Of a stretch of 64,000 nt of DNA, positions 54,456 through 64,000 are shown piece by piece. The first letter of the stretch is position 1. Each line of letters opens with the position of its first letter. The stretch is from the human T2T-CHM13v2.0 reference genome, Homo sapiens. The notes under the pieces were generated by a model. It was given only the letters and a program-made list of their open reading frames with translations. It did not search any database and was not told where the DNA came from. Both the position numbers and the translations under genes were made by a program. The stretch lies in the NCBI RefSeq assembly GCF_009914755.1, contig NC_060930.1; one strand, given 5' to 3'.

Positions 54456-56276
54456 TGATTTGATGATAATTTCATGTGTGTTACCCTAATTTTCTAAAAA
54501 GGATTGCAAACTTCCTGGCGAAATCCATGTCTAATATTTAGCACAATGATAGGTACTAAGTAGATAATAAACACTGATTCATTTATTTCGACACAATGTT
54601 GTAGAAAAAAAGGACTAGACTGGAAAAGAAGAAACAAGGCTTATTTTTTCCCCTAGATAGCCACCAAAAATCTGTGATCTTGAAAAAGTCCCTGACCTTT
54701 CTAGGTTTTAATGTCCTCACTGATAAAAATAGAGCAAGTCTAAATTTGTAAGATTTGTATACGTAGCAAGTCAAGTCATCTATGAGAACTAAATAGGTGA
54801 CAGTTTACATACAGGGAAAAGAAGCTAAAGAGTTCTTTTGCAATCTATTTTGTCTTAATTAAAAATTGCACTTTTCTTTCTTTCCTACAGTTAGAAAAAA
54901 AAAAATAAGCGGTCTTTACCTACTTGATAACAAAGAAAAACCTACCTCCAAAGTCAACTCCTTCTCACCAAAGAGAGTTGAGTATTAAAAAATTAAACAT
55001 ATGTCAAAACATGTCTTGGAGACTGTCCAGGGCAGTATGTAAAATGCTGTGAGCGTTCAGGATCTAGGCAGTAGCCTCTAACATGGTGTGTTCTGGCTAT
55101 GTGTATCTCATGCATTTTTTAAGGCTCTGCTTTAAATGCAGGTTTATCAATAAAAATGCCACCAGAAAACAGCTTTGAAATTTTAATATCTTCCTGAAAT
55201 AAAAGATTTCCTCAAGGCAGGTCTGAAATTGGTTGTGTCTGAACGCCATCCACTTTCATTATACAAGGATTTTCTTACAGCTGCTAAATCCTAATTTTGC
55301 AAGAAGTTAAAAGAAAAAAAATGCAGCTCTGCACCTCTCATCATCAAAAGCAGCATAATTTAAGCCTTTATTGTGTCAGTCATGAATTGTCTCTCCTGTA
55401 AGCTCACAATGTCATAATATTCTTTTAGATTAATGAGGATCCCTACAATTACAGAGTAGAGACCGTCATGGTGCACGGCAGTGCCTGTCTAATGGCAGAA
55501 ATTACCGTGAATGCTAATGCGTTAGCCAAGATTGTAAGAGGAATTACTGCTGTCACCAAATCCAAAGGATCTACAGCTGAAAGATAGACAAATCTGTTAT
55601 CTCTCAAAGTCATTGGGAGAAGGTGAATTACCACAGGGGACATTTTTATTCCTTTTATACATATAATAAGCAATACTTTAGACTGCCTCAGAAATTAGCA
55701 AAGAGGCTTCTTTTAGGGCTTTAATGTGCTACAGAATACAATGCCTTTACTAACTAGTTTGTGCACACAGAATTGAAAGATGTGCATGATTCTCTCATGT
55801 AAACTCAGCACAGTTTCCTCATCTCTGAAACTTGGGTCATTGTAGTGCTTGCCACATGTGGTATAGATTCTGAATGGAAATCTAGAATGAGAAACTTTGT
55901 CCTGGGCTCTCTTTGTTCTAACTCATCTTCTATTCTGCTCCTTTTAAAGATAAATATGAACACTTCACTCTTCTGTTTTACACCCATGGACAAAGTTCAA
56001 ATTCTCTAGAGCACGGTACTGAGTTATCTACAAGTCACCTCTGCAGCCTCACTTCTTCCAGAAACTCCATGCTCTAGACATTGTATGACACTTCCTTCTT
56101 TCCTCCGTGTCTTTATGCATGCTGTTTTAACACCTAATAGCCCGTGTCTGACCTGACATACGCCATTGCTTTTGCGACTCTATCACTGACTCCATTTTCC
56201 CTTAAGCATCCACTCTCATGATGCTCACTACATTGGATTAATATGGTTGGTATCTGTCATTGTTTTCTCTATAAAA

Positions 56277-56484
56277 CTGCTCTGTCCAATGCAGCAGCTC
56301 CCGGATACATGAAACTATTTATATTTAAATTAATTAAGATGTAATAAATAGAACAATCCAGCTTTGCGGTTGCACTAGCCATGTTTCAATACTCAATAGC
56401 CATGCATGGCTAATGGCTACCAAGTTAGATGGTGTAGATATGAAACATTTCCACTATCATAGAAAGTTCTGCTGAATCATGCTG
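56277..56484 (+). mobile_element. MER3/MER33-type hAT-Charlie element
   Basis: ctgctctgtccaat...atttaaattaattaag...gcactagccatgtttcaatactcaatagccatgcatggctaatggctacc...aacatttccactatcatagaaagttctgctg. Confidence 0.85.
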
Positions 56485-56565
56485 CTTTAGAAGGTGAGGT
56501 TGCAGACTGTTCTGTGTCTCTTACTGTCTAAGCATAACTACAGAAGAACATCTACTATAGTATCT

Positions 56566-57010
56566 ACTATAATGACTTGGATAGTGGCCCCCAAAAGATA
56601 GCTGAAGTCCTAATTCCCAGGTCCTGTGAATGTGACCTTATTTGGAAATAGGGTCTTCGCATAGTAATTAAGTTAAGGATCTTAAGATGAGAGCACCCTG
56701 GGTTTATGGTAGGTCCCTAATCTAATGTCCTTATAAGAGAAAGAAAGAGACAGTTGAAACAGACACAGAAGAGAAGGCCATGTGAAAATGGGGGCAGAGA
56801 TTAGAGCAATTCATCCACAAGCCAAAGAATGCCAAGGATTGCCAGCAACCATCAGAAGTTAGGAGAGGAACACATTATCCCTCAGAGAGCCCAGAAGGAA
56901 CTAACCCTGCTGACGCCTTGATTTCAGATTTCTGGCGTCCTGAACAGTCAGAAAATAAATACCTTTTGTTTTAAACAATCCAGTTTGTGGCAATTTGTTA
57001 CTGCAGCCCC
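56566..57010 (+). mobile_element. MLT1C/D LTR
   Basis: gtggcccccaaaagat...cctgtgaatgtgaccttatttggaaatagggtctt...caagccaaagaatgccaaggattgccagcaacc...ccagtttgtggcaatttgttactgcagcc. Confidence 0.9.
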
Positions 57011-57029
57011 CAAATCTCTATCCCTTCAT

Positions 57030-57290
57030 AAGCAAGAAATATGTTAAAGACACTGTAGTTGCGATAGAGGGAATTGAATGTAGGGAATCAGCTATGCAGA
57101 GGATAAAAGTTGCTGAGTCAAACGAGGAGCAATGAGACATTTAGAGATTAGCAGTAGCAGGAAGACATTACCATGCTAGGCTGGAGAGAGGAACAGATGA
57201 ATGGGGTGGAAAGTTTCTGAGGAGTTTCCAGAGCCAGGGGCTAAGAGCACCTGCCTCAAGTGGGCACATGGCAAACCTGAAGCCATGGAG
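57030..57290 (-). mobile_element. Ancient LTR fragment (LTR78/79-like)
   Basis: atagagggaattgaatgtagggaatcagcta...tagagattagcagtagcaggaagacattaccatgctagggctggag. Confidence 0.5.
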
Positions 57291-58089
57291 CACGTGCTCT
57301 GACCTTAATAAAATAGGACAAACTCTGAAGAAACTGACATGATCACATATTATTTCAATAGACTTGGTATAAAATAGATTATCCCAACTAAAGATTACAA
57401 AAATATTTTCTTTTTTGTCCCTCCTACTTAATTCCTCACTAACTGAAGATTAAATGCTTGGTTTTTTTTTTCTCTGATTTCTCCAAGTTTTCCTAAATTC
57501 AATTCAGAGTACATTTCTCACCACCTCAGAACATTCAGAGCATAATATAGGCCTGATTTTCTTTTCAAATAATTACTCTTTAAAAAAATGCTTTCTTTTT
57601 CTGCATACTCAGTCCCTGGTCAGTTCTCCTGTGGCCTGCCTGACCTCATGCTTTGGAACTTGATGTCCATCACCCATCATTGCTTTGCTGATCTCCATAT
57701 GACAGCTCTGGCTTATACGAAATCACCTTACTTTTTACCCCACTGTGGTCCCCTTTAATATGACCATTTTCATACATGAAAAATTCTTTGTATGCTTTTC
57801 TGGCAGAGATCTTTATTTGTGCTCTGAGATACTCTTCTCATAATTGGCCTCCCTTTGCAACTTTAAATACCCCAAAGCTCTTATTTTCTTTTAAAATGGC
57901 TTTTGTGACTACAGAGAAGGGCTTATTTAGGCAAGTGTTAGGGGAAGAGAATGTTTTTCTTCCATCCTTCTATCACCCTAATCTATTGTAATTGTCTAAT
58001 GTGGTGAACCGTTTGTATGTGGAAGTGATGATTTTAAACTCAGAGGATGTGTGGTAAGATTGGGAATTATCTCAGCTTAATGATGAGTT

Positions 58090-58890
58090 AGTGGTGAATG
58101 CAGTTATGAAGAATCTGGAGTCTGGAGACAGATGGCTGTGGGTTGCAATCCATCTCTGACATTTGCCTGTCCTGGGATCTTGGGCAACTCCCTCTCTATG
58201 TCCAATGTACCAGTTTCCTCATCTCTGATATACGCATAATTAAAATGCCCATCACCTATGTTGCTTAAACTACATAATATTTATAAAACATATAGAACAT
58301 AGTAAGTGGTCAGTTATTATCTATCATATTGTTAGTGTTATTGTTGTTATCAGGAACTGGGCAAGAACTATGGGTGGTGAAGGGAAGAGGTAAGTTGTAG
58401 AAATATGATGAAGACTACATTTGGAAGGACAGGAAAGTCATGAAGGATGTGCAAGGCAATGCCCTGAGCAGAGTTTGGTCCTAGGATATAATCATCAAAG
58501 CCGTCTAAATGAAGCATGTGGAAGGCATTGCACGGGGCATTTTCTTATACATTGTAACATTCAATCCTCACTGCAAGCCCATGAGACAAATCTTCACACC
58601 TTTGTTTCACACATGAAGAGACTGAGGCTCAGAAAAATGAAATATGACCCAACAGAAAACATGAGGCTTTGGATCCAAGCAGACACGACTTTGAATCCCA
58701 TCTCGGCCATGTACCAGTCATGCTATGTTGTAGAAGTTACATTACTTTTAAGAGCCATAGATTTTTCATCTGTAGGATGGCAATAATACTACTTACCCTG
58801 CAGAGTTTTGTAAAAGTTCAAGATGCATGTATAAGCCCTCTGAACAGTGCTCCATGCGCTATTGGCTTTCAATAAATGGCAGTTACTTTT
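58090..58890. mobile_element. Cluster of three MIRs (+ 58090-58330, - 58510-58640, + 58650-58890)
   Basis: ggagtctggagacagatggctgtgggttgcaatcc...cagtttcctcatct; caatcctcactgcaagcccatgag...gaagagactgaggctcaga; tttgaatcccatctc...ttttcatctgtaggatggcaataatac. Confidence 0.75.
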
Positions 58891-59744
58891 ATCTTTGTGT
58901 GATTATAACCAATAATAGATAAGCTAGTCTATCTAGTGTGCTGGCTAATGGGAGATCAGTCACTCCTAGGCTGCCAGGGTTTTGAACTTTATCTTCATAG
59001 GATCATACTTATAATCATGTTTCTTCCTTGCTAGAAGAAAAGCTTCACGAGAACAGGAACTGTATTTATCTTGCTCAACACCCTGTCTCCAATGCCTATC
59101 TAGCACATTCAGATGCTGACAATTATTGGCTATCTAACTGGCTGACTTTCAGAGCAGTGTTCTGGTCAGAAAGGAATGTCATCGGCAGGATGGCTGTAGA
59201 AGGAGCTGAGCATGAAGAAATGCTCAGAGCGATCATCAGCATTCTTGGGAACTGCTGGACATCTTCCACTATGAGCAAAAATGCAGAGATTTCAGAGGAA
59301 GAAACTGTGCACATAAATGTCAAGGAAATCGGACCTAAGAGATCCATCTGGCAGTGTTAGTGTATACTCTAAGGTGATTTGTAGAATTTGTTTACAGTCC
59401 TTGATTTCTTCCATCTTTCCTCTCTATGTGTAGGTCTAGCTCAAAAGTTTATCACTCACACCACATCATGTTTCTACTCTCAGGGAGGTTTTCTGTTCCC
59501 TTAGGTATAATTTGCAATCCCACACAGGAAATATCTGCTACACAACAAATGCTGTATCATATGTTTGTGTCTTTAGGGAGTCGACTGAGAGAGAACTGAA
59601 ATTTACAGCTGACACTAACCAAGCAGGCTCTACCTCCAATACCTAAATAAAGGCTCTGCAATTTCTACCTGCAATTCATTAGTTTCCACATTTACAGTAT
59701 TTTACAGGAAAAGAAGTGCACTCCTTATAAGCAAGTGGATATAT

Positions 59745-59880
59745 AACCTAGTTTAACTTGGGTGGTCTTAGTTTGCCTGCAATAGTAGCAGTTACCCTTG
59801 CTATTCTAGACTAATTATTAATGATGCCCCCTTTTAAGAGTATACCAGTCAGAATGATAAAATACATGGTCCCCTTATTT
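59745..59880. mobile_element. MER94-like hAT-Blackjack fragment
   Basis: gtcttagtttgcctgcaatagt...ctaattattaatgatgcccccttt...ccagtcagaatgataaaatacatggtcccctta. Confidence 0.55.
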
Positions 59881-61543
59881 ACGGGATAATTTATTTACAA
59901 TTAGGACATTTCAACACCATTCTAATTTATCCCTCTCATACCCTAATATCAGACCCTATGAATGTCTCTTTTTTGATCTTCACCCCAGCTAGTACTTATC
60001 CATAGCACTGCACTTAATCTGCACACACTGGAATACCCATAGGCCTCCTCCAGGGCTGCACACCTGCCCATCCATCCTTGTCCATTCTTTTTCTACATCT
60101 TTTCCAACATCTCCCATATTTTTTCTATATTGACCCTCTCTGACAATGTGTTATAGTAGCTTTTGTTGGTACCATACCATTTGCTTTTGATTACACATAA
60201 TTTGTCATTTTTCTCTAATTGTGTTTTCCCAGTCAGTTTGCAAACTTCTCAACAACTTAGAATGATTCATGCATTTTGATCCTATTTCTCTTTTTTTTTC
60301 ATAATATGGCACTGGTTTCTCAACAAACATGGATTGAGGAACCAGAAGAATTAGAAGGACATTTGAGACTAACAGTCTAGCTTTCTCATTTGAAGAATGA
60401 GAAAATGTATTCAGATATGCCGAGAGGTTAACTCAGAGTTTACCAGTGAAAGACCTTAGCTTAGAATCCTGTTCTCCAAATTTTTAGTCGAATACTTTTT
60501 CCACTATACAATTCTGTCTTTTTTAATATTATTAACCAATTTAATTATTTAATACATGTTTTCAAAGATGAAAGCATGTTTATCTTTCAATTTCTCAGAA
60601 AGAGACTCAGTGCCTGAAGCCCAAAGCAAACAGGCAATGAGACCAGCTTCATAAGTAAACAAACAAGAATAATGAAGTCTGAAGTCAATAGTTTCAGCTC
60701 ACTCACATAGTCCAAGTACATTCTCAACAGCTGCCTAGTACCTAGAATTCTGCAATTTAGAGTAGCATTCTTTCAATGTAAATCTTACTATTCTACTAAA
60801 GTGTCTTATGAAATATAGCTAATTAAACCTCAATCTGCATTGATATGTGGTTATTTTGATTTATTAAATTCCTAAGACTGAAATTTTGAAAAAGTGGAGA
60901 AAAAATAAATCAAAATAACATTAGGCTTCTGTTGACAGTAGGAGAAAATGATTCTCTAAGGAATCAAAAGAATATCAAATTTGGGGAGGGGGGTCTGGAC
61001 ATATGGATAGCAACTCAAGGAATTTATAAATGGGTTCAACTCTGAAAATAATGATCCATGGTTTCTAAAGAGAAACTATCTTTTTTACTGTATTGATTTC
61101 TGAGATGAGCATATTTTTCTTTGTTAGAATGGGTTTTCTTATTTTTATAACTGTTTTCCTAAAAAGGAAGAATGCATAAGTTTGAAGTATCTTCTAGACC
61201 AATTTAGAATTAGCAAGGGGATGACCCAGTAACAAAATGCCTGAAGTTAAGTAAATAAACAAACATTTGACACTTCCATTTTTAGAAAGCCTTGCAAGCA
61301 AATGACCTGGGAAATGACGTGGGAACGATTAATAAACTTTGGGAACAGCAAATTTCTGAGATATTTAATAAACCATGAAAGAATATACCAAGCCACAGAA
61401 TCAGGATGTGGGGAAAAAATGAGAAGAGAAAAGTCTAAAGTAATAGGCAACATTTGTTTCTAGCCTTCTCCTTTTATGGAATGGCCCACATCATTTGTCT
61501 TTTTCCTTCATCTATTCAGTAGATACTGACCTCTCTTTCAATA

Positions 61544-61925
61544 TGTGGCAGACACTGGAGTTGCCTACTGAATGCCTTTTCCTCATTAATAAAATCCAAA
61601 TTTTGTTCAAATATCTGTTGTGTAGGGGAGGCATTCTGTTAAGGTGAGGTGGGCTCAGGTTCAAGAGATGATTCATGCTTACTCTGAGTCACTCTTGGGA
61701 GTTCTGTTCCCTGATGAATTTGAGAAGGGCATATGGCAGGGTATTTGCCAATGGAACATGAGGGAATATTTAATAAAGAGGTTTCTGGGGAAGATTTTCT
61801 TCCTCATTCGAAAGAGCAAAGTACTGGAAGACATTCTCCCTTCCTTCCTGCCTTTTAACCTTGGCTCATGAAGATGTGATGTTTGGCGCTGTGGCGACCA
61901 TCTTATCATTTGAGGAGAAAGGCAG
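61544..61925 (-). mobile_element. LTR33/LTR16-type ERVL LTR
   Basis: tgtggcagacactggagttgcc...tttgccaatggaacatgaggg...ggtttctggggaagattttcttcc...gatgtgatgtttggcgctgtggcgaccatctt. Confidence 0.65.
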
Positions 61926-62421
61926 GAGAACGACAATAAAAATTCTCCCTCCAGAATTCTGGCTTGATATAGAGTAAGTTTAGCTCCACCTGGCAAGTCT
62001 TTGTTTAGAAGAAAAAAGAACATGTGAACCTTGAAAGTTCTGCCCATATTAGGCATATGCCAGTCTTCTGCATAAATCCTTCAGTGAATTCCTGAATCTG
62101 GAAGAAAAGCCAATGCTTCACCATGGCCTGATAGACCCTATGTGATCTGGTGCCAGTTATCAGTCTGATCTCGGCTCTCATTTGCTTTTCTCTTGTTCAC
62201 TCTAGCTCAGCTAAGCTGGATTCCTTTGCAGTCCCAGAGAGCAAAGCTTAGTGCTTCTACATTTGCTATTACAGATGCCTGTATGGCTTCCTTTCTCCCT
62301 TACAGCAATAGAAGCCTTTCCCCTAATTCTCCTAGTCAACTACTTACTTTTTAAAAATTCTCTTATCCTGATTTTTTTTCAAAACTCATCAATTGACATC
62401 AGATATGTATATGTGTGTGTG

Positions 62422-64000
62422 GGTGTGTACACTTCAGAGATGTTACAGGTTTAGTTCCAGACTACCAAAATAAGGCAAATAGCACAATAAAGCAAGTTAT
62501 ACACATTTTTTGGTTTCCCAGTGCATGTAAAAGTTATGTTTACACTATAGTCCATTAAATGTGCAATAACATTATGTCTAAAGAGCAACGTACATACCTT
62601 AATTAAACATAATTTACTATTAAAAAATGCTAACAATAATTTGAGCCTTTGGCAAGTCAATCTTTTTGCTGGTGGAGAGTCTTGCCTTAATGTTGATGGC
62701 TGCTGACCGATCAGGGTGGTGGTTGCTGAAAGTTGGGTGGCTATGACCATTTCTTAAAATAGAAAATAATAAAGTTTGATACAGCTACTGACCCTTCCTT
62801 TCATGAAAAATTTCTCTGTAGCATATGACATTGTTTTGTCACAATTTACTCACAGTGGAATTTCTTTCAAAATTGGAGTCAATTCTCTCAAACTGTGCCA
62901 CTCCTTTATCAACCAAGTTTATGTAATACTCTATATCTTGTGTTGTCATTTCAACGATGTTCACAGCATCTTCACCAGGAGTAAATTCCATCTCAAGAAA
63001 CCACTTTCTTTGCTCATCTCTAAGAAGCAACTTCTCATCCATTCAATTATCTTGAATGGATATCTCAATCCCTCTATTATCTTGAGACTGCAGCAATCCA
63101 GTCACATCTTGAGGCTCCGCTTTTAATTCTAGCTCTCTTGCTCTTTCTACGACATCTGAAGTTCCTTCTACCACTGATGACTTCAACCCCTCAAAGTCAT
63201 CAGGAAGGTTAGAATCAGCTTTCTCCAACTCCCTTTTAATCTTGATATTTTAACTTCTTCCCATAAATTGTGAATGTTAACAGCAGCTGTAGTCTTACAA
63301 AAACATTTCTTAAATAATAAGACTTGAAGGTTGAAATTATTCTTTGATCCAAAGAATTATTCCTTGATTCCTACAGAATAGATGTTGTATTAGCATGCAG
63401 GAAAACAACATTAATTTCCTTGCATATATCCATCAGAACTTTTGGGTAACTAGGTGCATTGTCAATTAGGAGTAATATTTTTAAAAAAATATTTATTCTG
63501 AGCAGTAGGTTTCAATAGTGAGCTTAAAATATTCAGTAAACCAGGCTGTAAACAGATATGCTGTCATCCAGGCTTTGTTTTTTCCATTTAGAGAGCACAG
63601 GCAGAATAGATTCAGCACAATTCTTAAGGGCCCTAGGATTTTCAAAATGATAAATGATCATTGGCTTCAACTTATTGCATTTGCCCCTAACAAGAGAGTC
63701 AGCATGTCCTTTGAAATTTGAAGCTAGGCATTGACTTCTCCTCTCTAGCTATTAAAGTCCTAAATGGCATCTTCTTCCAATACAAAGCGTTTTGTCTATA
63801 TTGAATATTTCTTGTTTAGTGTAGCCATGTTCATCAATTATCTTAGCTAGATCTTCCAGATAACTTGCTGCAGATTCCATGTCAACACTTGCGCCTTACC
63901 TTGCATTTTGATGTTATGGAGATAGCTTGTTTCTTTAAACTTCATAAACTAGAAAAAAAAAAAAAAGGAAAAAAAAGCCCTCATGAACAAACCTTTGCTA
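62422..64000 (-). mobile_element. Tigger1 (TcMar-Tigger) DNA transposon, 3' part, continuing beyond the window
   Basis: Begins with the reverse complement of the Tigger1 3' end ('cttcagagatgttacaggtttagttccagactacc...ttttttggtttcccagtgcat'). ORF 62839-63042 ([34 protein letters not shown]...) is the Tigger1 transposase C-terminal region; frameshifted. Confidence 0.95.

Noticed and set aside
62839-63228. Possible domesticated TIGD1-like transposase gene
   Set aside because: Fragmented by stops, frameshifts, insertions and a deletion; an ordinary decayed Tigger1 copy.

Overview
AT-rich, CpG-depleted primate (most likely human) genomic DNA. It looks like intron or lncRNA territory: no CpG island, no long ORF, no RNA gene, CRISPR or prokaryotic element. 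Much of the window is interspersed repeat: 7 Alus, several old L1M/L1MA/L1MB/L1MC/HAL1 pieces, one tiny young L1PA2-like insertion, L2, MIR, MaLR/ERVL LTRs, the hAT elements MER58A/MER3/MER94, and a Tigger1 running off the right end. The ORF track is essentially repeat-derived or chance; only the Tigger1 transposase and L1 ORF2 remnants are recognisable. A few small minus-strand segments have good splice signals (49488-49422, 44583-44503, 18587-18507, 9555-9446). Together with a + strand bias of L1/LTR insertions, they suggest the window lies inside a minus-strand spliced transcript that I cannot name. The most solid unusual observations are: a ~360-bp local templated copy of 36254-36614 inserted into an old L1 about 3.2 kb away and dated by a later Alu; a probable retrocopied mRNA 3' end inside an L2 (1489-1830); a ~90-bp L1PA2-like insertion with a perfect 16-bp TSD; a MIR-derived minisatellite forming a GATA-site cluster; and snap-back insertion scars in Tigger1. 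I found no convincing new biological system. The spliced micro-ORF is the most speculative lead. Repeat subfamily names come from recalled consensus similarity, not a database search, and boundaries of old repeats are approximate.
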